The notes: generated by a model from the letters alone, not told the origin. Shown: positions 1 to 7,643, counted from the first letter of the stretch. The stretch: 16,000 nt of DNA from an uncultured Opitutaceae bacterium (GCA_964546955.1 CAZJLP010000002.1:166431-182430), one strand, 5' to 3'. Numbers and translations: made by a program.

Positions 1-1338
1 GGCATGGGGATGGGCGCGCTCAGCCTGACGTCGCTGGTGAACCCGATGGATCTCATGGGGGCGACGCCCTCCAAGCCGGGGACCAGCCCCCTTCTTCCGC
101 GGGCTCCGCACTTTCCCGGCAAAGCCAAGGCCGTCATCCACATCTTTGCCCAAGGCGCGCCGTCGCAAGTCGACACCTGGGACCCCAAGCCGGCCTTGAC
201 CCGGATGGACGGGAAAACGATCGGCGGAAACGGGGTGGCGATGGGCTCGCCGTTCAAGTTCACTAAAATGGGACGCGCCGGCATTGAGGTGAGCGAACTT
301 TTTTCCAACGTCGGACAGCACGTTGACGATTTGGCGATCATCCGCTCGATGTACACCGACATCCCGGCGCATGATGTCGCCACCGTTTTCATGAACACCG
401 GCTCCGTGCGCATCGTGAAACCGAGCATGGGTTCGTGGGTGGTCTACGGCCTGGGCACGGAGAATCAGAATTTGCCCGGCTTCATCGCGCTTCGCAGCGG
501 CCGACTTCCAACGGGCGGCGCGTCCAACTACCAAGCGGCTTTCCTGCCCGGTGTTTATCAGGGCACGAGCATCAACACGGAAGCCCAGGGCGTGCAGCAG
601 ATGATTCAAAACATCCGCAGCCAGTATCTTTCGAAAAGCGAACAGCGCCGTCAGATCGACTTCGTGCACCAGCTCGATCAGATGCGCTCGCAAAACTTAC
701 AGAACGAAGCGGCGTTGGAGACGCGCCTGGAGTCCTACGAGATCGCGTTCCGCATGCAGGCTGAAGCCACCGACGCCTTCGATTTGTCCAAGGAGCCGCA
801 ATCCGTGCGCGATGCGTACGGCCTCACTCCCCAAGGCAAACAAATGCTGATCGCGCGCCGCCTGGTGGAGCGCGGCGTTCGTTTTGTTCAAGTCTGGCAT
901 GATGGTTGGGATCATCACGAAGACTTGGAGACGCGAATCACGAAGAAGGCCGGCGAAGTGGACAAACCGCTCGCGGCGTTGATCGCGGACTTGAAGCAAC
1001 GCGGTCTGCACGATTCGACGCTGGTCGTGTGGGGCGGCGAATTCGGGCGCAAGCCGACCAAGGATAGAAACGGTTACGACGACCCCGGCCGCGATCACAA
1101 TGCCAAGGCGTTCAGCATCTGGATGTCCGGCGGCGGTGTGAAAGGCGGCATCGTCCATGGCGAAACCGACGAGTTCGGATCCGCGGCGATCAAGGACAAG
1201 GTGCACGTCCACGACCTGCACGCCACCATCCTCCACTGCCTCGGCCTGGATCACCAAAAATTGACCTATCGTTTCAACGGTCGCGATTTCCGTCTGACCG
1301 ACGTCGCGGGAAATGTGGTGAAACCCATTTTGGCTTAA
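1..1338 (+). CDS. DUF1501 domain-containing (sulfatase/alkaline-phosphatase-like) protein, 5' partial
   Basis: The frame is open to the window edge, with position 1 in phase. Family hallmarks are visible: HIFAQGAPSQVDTWDPKP near the N-terminus, VVWGGEFGRKP, GRDHN, HVHDLHATILHCLGLDH, and C-terminal FRLTDVAGNVVKPIL. The first residues, GMGALSLTSL, look like the hydrophobic core of a Tat-type signal whose RR part would lie upstream of the window. Stop is TAA at 1336-1338. Confidence 0.9.
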   Translation, partial: GMGMGALSLTSLVNPMDLMGATPSKPGTSPLLPRAPHFPGKAKAVIHIFAQGAPSQVDTWDPKPALTRMDGKTIGGNGVAMGSPFKFTKMGRAGIEVSELFSNVGQHVDDLAIIRSMYTDIPAHDVATVFMNTGSVRIVKPSMGSWVVYGLGTENQNLPGFIALRSGRLPTGGASNYQAAFLPGVYQGTSINTEAQGVQQMIQNIRSQYLSKSEQRRQIDFVHQLDQMRSQNLQNEAALETRLESYEIAFRMQAEATDAFDLSKEPQSVRDAYGLTPQGKQMLIARRLVERGVRFVQVWHDGWDHHEDLETRITKKAGEVDKPLAALIADLKQRGLHDSTLVVWGGEFGRKPTKDRNGYDDPGRDHNAKAFSIWMSGGGVKGGIVHGETDEFGSAAIKDKVHVHDLHATILHCLGLDHQKLTYRFNGRDFRLTDVAGNVVKPILA

Positions 1339-3887
1339 TGGAAACCTCCAAGCACTCCATCGGCCATCGGCCTTCACTTTTTGCCGCAGCGATCGGGTTG
1401 CTGGCGGGCACCGCGATGGCGGCGGTTCCGGTCAACGCGCCAAAAATTTCGAGTCAGGACCTCGAGTTTTTCGAGACAAAGATTCGCCCCGTGCTGATCG
1501 ACAAGTGTTATAAATGCCACAGCCGCGAGGCGGACAAAGTAAAAGGCGGCCTCCTGCTGGATACGCGGGACGGGTTGTTGCACGGAGGAAACACCGGGCC
1601 AGCCCTCGAGCCGGGAAAGCCGGCGGAAAGTCTGTTGATGAAAGCCATCAGCCACGCGGACGAGGATTTGAAGATGCCGCCGAAGGACGCGGACAAGCTG
1701 AACGACCAGCAAGTCGCCGATTTCAACGAATGGATTCGCCGTGGAGGACCCGACCCCCGCGTGAACGTAGCCAAAGGCAGCACGACGCCGTATGGAGGCG
1801 TGGGCAAACAGCATTGGGCGTTTCAGCCGGTGAAAAAACCCGCGGTGCCCACCGTGAAGGAGAAGTCGTGGCCCGCGAATGCGGTCGATCAGTTTGTCCT
1901 GGCCAAGCTGGAAGCCAACGACATGGCGCCGAGTCCGGCGGCGGAGAAACGCACGCTCATCCGCCGCGTCACGTTCGATCTGATCGGCCTGCCCCCGACC
2001 GAAAAAGAAATTCAGGCTTTTCTCAACGACGACGCACCCGACGCGTTCAGCAAGGTTGTCGACCGGTTACTCGCTTCGCCGCACTACGGAGAACGTTGGG
2101 CGCGGTACTGGCTGGATGTAGCGCGCTACTCCGACACGAAGGGGGACGCGCCCCGGCGCAACGATGTTCGTTACCCTCATGCGTGGACGTACCGCGATTA
2201 CGTGATCGATGCGTTCAATCGCGACAAACCGTATAACGAGTTCATCCTCGAGCAGCTGGCTGCGGACCGGCTCGTGATCAACGACGCCAAAGGCAAGTCG
2301 AAGGAGCAGCTGGCGATGCACGATCAAAGCCGTTCGGCCGCCCTTGGATTTCTCACCCTGGGCAACCAATTTGATGGAAACAAGCACGACGTGATCAACG
2401 ACCGCATTGACGTCACGACGAAGGCTTTCCTCGGTCTCACCGTGGCCTGCGCTCGCTGCCACGACCACAAGTTCGATCCGATACCAACCAAGGACTACTA
2501 TTCCCTGTACGGCGTATTCGCCAACACCTACGAGCCGAAGCTGAGCGATCTTCCCACCGTGCGGCCGGTCCCCAAAACAACGGAGCTGCAGGAGTACATG
2601 ACGAAGATCGTCGAACTCGAGGCACGAGAAGAGGAGTTGAAGCAAGAACGCGCCTCCCTGCGCAAGCTGCCCTTGGCCGAGCGCCGCGAGAAAGGTCGCG
2701 AGCTGCAGCGCAAGGAAGGACAAGTCCAAAGAGAACTTGGCGATTTGGAGGCCAACCACCCGGCGGCTCCTCCGCGGGCGAACGTCTTGATGGACGTCGG
2801 CCCCAAAGTCGCCAAAGACTATCCGGTGCTGATTCGCGGTGAGGCCCAGAACCGCGGAGAAGTGGTGCCCCGGCGTTTCCTCGAAGTGCTTTCGCCCGAT
2901 CCGAAGAAACGCCCCGCATTCAAAAACGGCAGCGGCCGCTTGGAACTGGCGCAAGCGATCGCGAGCCCGGGCAATCCGCTCACGGCGCGTGTCTTGGTAA
3001 ATCGCATCTGGCAGGAACATTTCGGCGCCGGCTTCGTGGCGACGCCGGACGATCTCGGCAACATGTCGTCACCGCCCACCCATCCCGAACTGCTCGATTA
3101 TCTGGCGGCTACTTTCGTCGAGAACGGCTGGTCGGTGAAGAAGCTTCACCGGCAGATCGTCCTGAGCCGGACTTATCAGCAAAGCAGCGAGAATAACTCC
3201 CGCTTCGCCACGATGGACCCGCAGAACACGCTGCTTTGGCGGGCCAATTTGCGGCGGCTGGATTTCGAAGAACTTCACGATGCGCTGATCGCGGTTTCCG
3301 GAGCCCTCGATCCGAAAATCGGCGGCCGTTCGGTGCCGATCGGCAGCGCGGAGTTCGCGTCGCGGCGCGCGGTGTACACCTATATCGATCGCCGAAACCC
3401 GGCTGAGCTCCTCACCCAGTTCGATTTCCCCAATCCGGATGTGCCGTCGGGCCGGCGGTACGAGACGATCGTTCCGCAACAATCTCTCTTCTTGATGAAC
3501 AGCCCGATGGTGATCGAGACTGCTCGGAAACTGGTGGAGCGACCCGAATTCGCCAAGCTCACCTCCGACGAGGCGCGCGTGAATGCGCTGTACCTAGCGG
3601 TGTACCAGCGTCCCGCTACCGCGGCAGAGCTGAAATTGTGCCTCAACTTCGTGCAGGCAACGCCCGCGAATGCGCCGATGCCTCGCTTGGCCGACGCTGC
3701 CGGGAAAAACGATCCCCGGGCGGCACGCCGCGCGGAGAAAGCGTCGCAGGCGCAATTGGCGAAAGCAGCGAGGACCGCCCAACCCGAACCGGCCGCCGCC
3801 GCTTTCAAGACGCGCGCCCCAATGGATGCGTGGACGAAATTGGCGCACGCGCTTTTCCAGACGAACGAAGCGATGTTCGTGAACTAG
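1338..3887 (+). CDS. PSCyt1 / DUF1549 (PSCyt2) / DUF1553 (PSD1) domain-containing protein
   Basis: 849-aa ORF. The ATG at 1338-1340 shares one base with the upstream TAA (TAATG). It has an N-terminal signal peptide (AAAIGLLAGTAMAA). A planctomycete-type cytochrome c motif is present: C57-Y-K-C60-H61 followed by ...PGKPAESLLMKAI...MPP...FNEWIRRG. DUF1549 block: HWAFQP, LIRRVTFDLIGLPPT, HYGERWARYWLDVARYSDT. DUF1553 block: CARCHDHKFDPIPTKDYYSLYGVF, NRIWQEHFG, C-terminal LFQTNEAMFVN. A charged coiled-coil-like insert (ELEAREEELKQERASLRK...) is also present. Stop is TAG at 3885-3887. Confidence 0.9.
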   Translation: METSKHSIGHRPSLFAAAIGLLAGTAMAAVPVNAPKISSQDLEFFETKIRPVLIDKCYKCHSREADKVKGGLLLDTRDGLLHGGNTGPALEPGKPAESLLMKAISHADEDLKMPPKDADKLNDQQVADFNEWIRRGGPDPRVNVAKGSTTPYGGVGKQHWAFQPVKKPAVPTVKEKSWPANAVDQFVLAKLEANDMAPSPAAEKRTLIRRVTFDLIGLPPTEKEIQAFLNDDAPDAFSKVVDRLLASPHYGERWARYWLDVARYSDTKGDAPRRNDVRYPHAWTYRDYVIDAFNRDKPYNEFILEQLAADRLVINDAKGKSKEQLAMHDQSRSAALGFLTLGNQFDGNKHDVINDRIDVTTKAFLGLTVACARCHDHKFDPIPTKDYYSLYGVFANTYEPKLSDLPTVRPVPKTTELQEYMTKIVELEAREEELKQERASLRKLPLAERREKGRELQRKEGQVQRELGDLEANHPAAPPRANVLMDVGPKVAKDYPVLIRGEAQNRGEVVPRRFLEVLSPDPKKRPAFKNGSGRLELAQAIASPGNPLTARVLVNRIWQEHFGAGFVATPDDLGNMSSPPTHPELLDYLAATFVENGWSVKKLHRQIVLSRTYQQSSENNSRFATMDPQNTLLWRANLRRLDFEELHDALIAVSGALDPKIGGRSVPIGSAEFASRRAVYTYIDRRNPAELLTQFDFPNPDVPSGRRYETIVPQQSLFLMNSPMVIETARKLVERPEFAKLTSDEARVNALYLAVYQRPATAAELKLCLNFVQATPANAPMPRLADAAGKNDPRAARRAEKASQAQLAKAARTAQPEPAAAAFKTRAPMDAWTKLAHALFQTNEAMFVN

Positions 3888-4016
3888 ATCTCCAGCGCGC
3901 TGCAAACTGAGATGTGGCCGCGGCCGTCATGTGAGGCCCTTCAGAGTGCGAGTGCCTCTGGCCGAGCTGTCGGCCCAGCAAATGGCGCATGCGTTCGACC
4001 CGGCTGCGTAGTTTGA

Positions 4017-4185
4017 TCAAGGAGCCTCTGAAAAACGGATCACCAGTAGGGGCGGGCCTCTGGACCGCCCGCCGAAGGGGAGACGCCACGTAAGATCATG
4101 CGTTCTGACGCCGTCCAGCACTGCACAGACGTTAGCCAGCTACGTTTTCCTGTACACGACGGCAAGTCCAGAGGCCTTGCCTACC
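4017..4185. repeat. Copy A of a ~170-bp intergenic repeat family (hairpin-bearing, REP/MITE-like or 3'-UTR RNA element)
   Basis: It aligns by eye with 14387-14556. The first 60 nt (tcaaggagcctctgaaaaacggat...gtaggggcgggcctctggaccgcccgccgaa) match 52/60 by hand count. Further shared islands are gccgtcc, ttagccag, acacgacggc[a/g]agtc and a terminal cctac. It contains the hairpin GGGCGGGCC-tct-GGACCGCCC (4050-4070). It also contains an 11-bp perfect long-range inverted repeat, ggcctctggac (4055-4065) / gtccagaggcc (4166-4176). Confidence 0.7.
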
Positions 4186-4247
4186 ATTCGAACTTGGTTA
4201 CATCGATATGCAATCTGCTCTGGCGCCACGGAGTGACTGGTCTCCCC

Positions 4248-5459
4248 TCACTCCTCCGAGGAGTGCTCGGCCATTTCCAGATTTCGAAGGATCCGCCGTT
4301 TTTGCGAACCGCTCAACAGCGGACAGGTCTGCAGATAGCGAATCGCATCGGTGGGTTTTGAATACGCCCAGACCGAAAGGACCTGCTCGATCGGCTCGGC
4401 CCGCAGATCGGGGTCGCTGATAAGGCCGGCCCACTTGAGGGCAATCGTCGGGTCGGTCCTTAAAAGAGTGCTCGCGATCAAGTTTGCAAACGTGCGATCC
4501 GCTTCCGAATCGCTCTCATGGTCCAACAGCCACTGGCTGGCCGTGTGCGAGTCGGTCTTCATCCAAATTTCGAGCGCGCGCATGCGGACTTCCTCGCGCC
4601 CGTCCGCGGGAGAGAGTTCATTGGCCCAATTAAGGGCGACTTCGGGCGCAACATGGGCCCAGGTCGCAGCCAACGTTCCCAATGCGATGTTGCGATCTTG
4701 CGAACCGGGAAGCGAACGCAGCCAGGCGGCTGCGGCGGCGTACTCCCGCCCCATCGTCTGCGCGCCGAGTTCAAAGGCGTGCGCGCCGATACGTGCGGGA
4801 GGCTGCTGGCGCGTCCATTGTTCGACCGCGGCTCGCGCCAAGTCGGAATGGCCTTGTTTTGCGAGGGCCGAGACGGCTGCTTCGGTCGTTTGCTCGAGCG
4901 CGTAGTCGGACATGCGGCGTTCGGGCGCGAGGGCCGTTTGCACCAAGCCGACGATTTTTTCCGGAGCAGCCGCGGCGGCTTCTTCCAGCAGAATTGCCTT
5001 CAACGGTTTTGCGTCGAGCAGGTCGAATTGCGACGATTCTGCCAGAGCCCAGTCCCATGCCGCCGTGAGATCGGCCCTGCCCCAGGTGCGCAAGAGCTGG
5101 GCTGCGAGCTCATATTTTTCCCGATCGTTTTTCGTGGCCGTGCGAGCCAGCTCCAGCGCCAGCGCGGGATCGGTTTCCACCACGCCTTTCAGGTGCGTGG
5201 CGATGGCTTCGGAGGTGGTTAGCTCTGCAATCCGTTTTCGGCCGGCGGCGAGTTTCGGGTCCTGTGCCTCGTTTTCCGCGGTGGAATCCTCGGCGTTATT
5301 GACGCCGACGCCCGAGACGGTCGCCGCGGGCAACGGCGACAGTGGCAACAAGCAGACCGCAGCCGAAACGAGCGCAGTTCGCACGCGTGCCGACAGCGAA
5401 CCCGAAAGACGGGCCCTCGGCTGGCTTCGCGGGGACGGAATGAACGACGGCAACGGCAT
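4248..5459 (-). CDS. Secreted alpha-helical repeat protein (Trp-rich ~32-33-aa tandem repeats), function unknown
   Basis: Long ORF on the - strand. The ORF-track start at 5531 is a TTG. The first ATG is at 5459 (MPLPSF...), and a GTG at 5384 would give a cleaner signal peptide (RTALVSAAVCLLPLSPLPAA), so the start is uncertain. The C-terminal half carries at least 5 tandem repeats of the form A-x-x-W-[LA]-x-x-L...R/D...L-x-x-W...D/S-P. Examples are AAAWLRSLPGSQDRNIALGTLAATWAHVAPEV, ALNWANELSPADGREEVRMRALEIWMKTDSHT and ALKWAGLISDPDLRAEPIEQVLSVWAYSKPTD. Stop is TGA at 4248-4250. Confidence 0.65.
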   Translation of the reverse strand: MPLPSFIPSPRSQPRARLSGSLSARVRTALVSAAVCLLPLSPLPAATVSGVGVNNAEDSTAENEAQDPKLAAGRKRIAELTTSEAIATHLKGVVETDPALALELARTATKNDREKYELAAQLLRTWGRADLTAAWDWALAESSQFDLLDAKPLKAILLEEAAAAAPEKIVGLVQTALAPERRMSDYALEQTTEAAVSALAKQGHSDLARAAVEQWTRQQPPARIGAHAFELGAQTMGREYAAAAAWLRSLPGSQDRNIALGTLAATWAHVAPEVALNWANELSPADGREEVRMRALEIWMKTDSHTASQWLLDHESDSEADRTFANLIASTLLRTDPTIALKWAGLISDPDLRAEPIEQVLSVWAYSKPTDAIRYLQTCPLLSGSQKRRILRNLEMAEHSSEE

Positions 5460-5603
5460 GGAAACGCGGACGATAGGAGAAGCTATCCGCGGTGCGCACC
5501 GGGCTGCAGATCCGCTCAGCAGACAACGCAAACTATTCTGTTACAGCAACCGCCGAAGGGAATACCGGTTCAGTTGATATCGTTGAATGGATTGGGTAGC
5601 TGG

Positions 5604-6464
5604 CTACCAAATATAGTGATCGATGCCGTGGGTCAGTGCGCCGCCGAGGGCGCCAGCGGCCAAAACGATCAGCGATCCCAGGATCAGAAAAAGCCGCAGG
5701 GCCGAAGGGTAGCGTTTCAGACAGATCCAGGCCACGATGGGGAGGATGCCCGCGGCGACTCCGAGCCAGCGGTGCCACGCCAGCAACTGGGCGGATTTGG
5801 AACTGAAACTTGCAAAATCCGCGTTGAACCACCCGAAAAGCGCGGCAACAGGTGCGGTTAAGGCGCTGATGCGCAAGCAGAAGATAGCAGCCGGGAGGGA
5901 GCCGGCCAGATGTGCGGCGGCGGCGGCGAGAAAGAGTGCGATCGGAAAATGGACGACAGCGGGATGAAACTGGCCTAACCAACGGACGGTGCGCTTGACG
6001 GGACTGGGGCTTATCTTTTTTTCCGCACTGCCGGCCGGTGGCGGGGGAGGCGAGGTCGCGGGAGTGACCAAGTTGCTTCCGACGCCTGCCGCGGAAGCGG
6101 GGGCACCTAGAGCGATCCACAGACGGACCAAGTCCTTCTGCGCCGCTGTCAGATTGCCGGCCTTGGATTCGTCGCCGGGCATTTCATTGTCTCGGATCAT
6201 GATGAACAGGTCCGATTTGTCCGGATCGCCGCGGACAACGTACTCCGGATTCGAAGCTACGCGCTCGAGATCGAGCACGTAGCCGAACTTGCCTTTGGGT
6301 TTCGCCAAGTCGGCCCCGTGGCACTCGGTGCACGTTGCCTTGAACAACTCATGCACGTCTTGCGCGACGGCCCGGCCCAGGACGAGGTCCGCAGCCGGCG
6401 TCTGAGCTTCCACGGCCAGCGCGGCGGCGAGGAGGGCCGCCAAGAAGAACAGTCGCGCTCTCAC
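5604..6464 (-). CDS. c-type cytochrome (PSCyt1-like CxxCH) domain fused to a DUF2231-like His-rich four-helix membrane domain
   Basis: The GTG start at 6464 gives a textbook signal peptide (RARLFFLAALLAAALAVEAQ). Heme-c motif CTECHG is followed by GDPDKSDLFIMIRDNEMPGD...LVRLWIALGAP, the same pattern as the PSCyt1 domain of the 1338-3887 gene. A Pro-rich linker (TSPPPPPAGS) follows. The C-terminal part carries LGQFHPAVVHFPIALFL (the DUF2231 signature) plus three more hydrophobic helices with conserved-looking His residues (WHRW, THGIDHY). It starts 8 nt after the upstream gene's stop. Confidence 0.8.
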   Translation of the reverse strand: MRARLFFLAALLAAALAVEAQTPAADLVLGRAVAQDVHELFKATCTECHGADLAKPKGKFGYVLDLERVASNPEYVVRGDPDKSDLFIMIRDNEMPGDESKAGNLTAAQKDLVRLWIALGAPASAAGVGSNLVTPATSPPPPPAGSAEKKISPSPVKRTVRWLGQFHPAVVHFPIALFLAAAAAHLAGSLPAAIFCLRISALTAPVAALFGWFNADFASFSSKSAQLLAWHRWLGVAAGILPIVAWICLKRYPSALRLFLILGSLIVLAAGALGGALTHGIDHYIW

Positions 6465-6472
6465 GGGCGACG

Positions 6473-6904
6473 TTACTCCTTCTTGTCGGGCTTCTTGAAG
6501 TCTTTGTGGCCGCTCTTCTTGAGATCGTTGATCTTTTTATAGATTTCTTTCGCCGCCGCGTTGTCGTTCGCCTTCAGAGCCGTTTCCATTTTTCCCAGTT
6601 CCGCGATCATCAGATCCATCTGTTTTTGGTAATCCGCGACGAACGTCGTCGGATCGGCTTTTTCCTTCGCCAAGGCGGGAGTTTCTTTTTTGGCCAGTTC
6701 AGCCTGCTCCTTTGCGGTCGCGACCTCTTTCAGGGTATCGGCATTTTTGGCCGGGTCCGAGAGGTGCTTGTTCGCCCGGCGCATGGCGCCGTTCAGTTTT
6801 TCCATGATGCCGTCCAGCTTGGTCTCTTCGGCGAAGGCCGAGATGGGCAACAGGCAGGCGACAATGAATGCGAGGGAGCGGAGGAGGTATTTCTGTGGGA
6901 ACAT
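6473..6904 (-). CDS. Cytochrome b562-like periplasmic four-helix-bundle protein
   Basis: 143 aa, ATG at 6904, signal peptide (LLRSLAFIVACLLPISAFA). The mature part aligns over its whole length with my recollection of E. coli soluble cytochrome b562. LDGIMEKLNGAM corresponds to LEDNMETLNDNL (axial Met). AKKETPALAKEK corresponds to AQKATPPKLEDK. C-terminal KKSGHKDFK corresponds to TRNAYHQKYR (axial His). The alignment is from memory and needs an HMM check. Confidence 0.7.
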   Translation of the reverse strand: MFPQKYLLRSLAFIVACLLPISAFAEETKLDGIMEKLNGAMRRANKHLSDPAKNADTLKEVATAKEQAELAKKETPALAKEKADPTTFVADYQKQMDLMIAELGKMETALKANDNAAAKEIYKKINDLKKSGHKDFKKPDKKE

Positions 6905-6984
6905 AAGGGTTTAGGGGAGACGCAAAAACGGCTCGAAGGTTGCACGATAGTGCCAAGATCGCGCTTCGATCACGCCTAAAACGT

Positions 6985-7000
6985 GTAACAGGCCTGTTAC
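6985..7000 (-). terminator. Candidate intrinsic terminator or operator: perfect 16-bp palindrome GTAACAGGCCTGTTAC
   Basis: This perfect palindrome overlaps the TAA stop (6997-6999) of the PLA2-like gene. On the - strand it is followed by ACGTTTTAGG (a short T-run). The stem is only 6 bp and AT-rich, so it is weak. It also lies about 80 nt upstream of the b562-like start and could instead be a dimeric regulator site. Confidence 0.35.
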
Positions 7001-7509
7001 TTACGACGGCCGAACCCCCATGAAAACGAGGCTTTGAAACCCTCGCCGCCTCCCACTCGGACTCCGTGGTACATCACCTCCGCCATCTGGGTGGAATTGA
7101 GCAGACGCGCGACGTGAATCATCAATTCCGCGTCGGCCGCCAGCCGCTCCACATCCTCGCCAGGAAAGCCGGCCCAGTACTTCAGGTCGTGAAGAAAGCA
7201 GGCAGCGTAGATGCTCACGCCCTCGCTCTCGTTCATCCAACTCGTGCACCCGTCGCTGCTAAACGGTTTGGCGGGCGGGTCCTTCCGAATCTTTTCCCAA
7301 AGAGCGGGCAGCTGATAATGGCGGCAGATCCGTTCGATCTCGGGTAGGGAGACAACTTGGCCGGCCTTGGGGAGTTCGATTTCAGGGATGACGTTAGCCC
7401 CGGAGGCCTTTGCGTTTCCCCGGTTAGAAGGAGCAGGTCGCGTGAAGGCAATCAGCGCAGCTACCGCGAGCACGATGACGGAAACGATAAAAAGCCGGCG
7501 GAGGAACAT
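6997..7509 (-). CDS. Membrane-anchored or secreted phospholipase A2-like protein (prokaryotic/fungal PLA2 fold motif)
   Basis: The ORF-track start at 7545 is a TTG. The ATG at 7509 gives MFLRRLFIVSVIVLAVAALIAF, a signal peptide or anchor. The motif SSDGCTSWMNESEGVSIYAACFLHDLKYWAG matches the [ST]-x-D-x-C-[ST]...(16)...A-C-x-x-H-D-x-x-Y pattern, with the Cys-Cys spacing I recall from Streptomyces-type secreted PLA2 (DLCSQAPDNPFGFPFNTACARHDFGY). The functional call is tentative; that it is coding is more secure. Confidence 0.5.
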   Translation of the reverse strand: MFLRRLFIVSVIVLAVAALIAFTRPAPSNRGNAKASGANVIPEIELPKAGQVVSLPEIERICRHYQLPALWEKIRKDPPAKPFSSDGCTSWMNESEGVSIYAACFLHDLKYWAGFPGEDVERLAADAELMIHVARLLNSTQMAEVMYHGVRVGGGEGFKASFSWGFGRRK

Positions 7510-7577
7510 GGCCGGAGAGAATGGCGGGCGAGTCTCCGCGGGCAATCGTGGAGCTTCGGACGAGGCCCTGTCATCTA

Positions 7578-7643
7578 AGAGCGAAGCGAAGAATCCCGTT
7601 GGATTCGGCCGACGACGGTTAGCTGGATCCTTCGCTTCGCTCT
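7578..7643. repeat. Long imperfect inverted repeat (19-bp arms, 28-nt spacer) between glyQS and the PLA2-like gene
   Basis: The left arm agagcgaagcgaagaatcc (7578-7596) pairs with ggatccttcgcttcgctct (7625-7643). There is a single mismatch (a7592/c7629). The spacer contains the palindrome tcggccga and a ccgt...acgg pair. Confidence 0.8.

Noticed and set aside
3805-4361. ORFs 3805-4089 (-), 4098-4361 (+) and, at the other copy, 14341-14619 (+) run through the intergenic repeat. The two copies even give similar peptides (L[IF]K[EK]PLKNG..VGAGL[WR]TARR).
   Set aside because: The peptide similarity simply mirrors the nucleotide repeat. Differences between copies are not biased toward synonymous positions. 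The frame in copy A has no start codon and stops after 27 codons. The ORFs start at TTG or overlap real genes. I treat the element as non-coding.
7510-7545. N-terminal extensions proposed by the ORF track: 7545 for the PLA2-like gene, 5531 for the helical-repeat gene and 15445 for idnO.
   Set aside because: All three begin at TTG and add Arg/Pro-rich residues before a normal ATG. That ATG yields a proper signal peptide, or for idnO the canonical SDR N-terminus. I used the ATG starts instead. The start of the helical-repeat gene remains uncertain (5459 ATG vs 5384 GTG).
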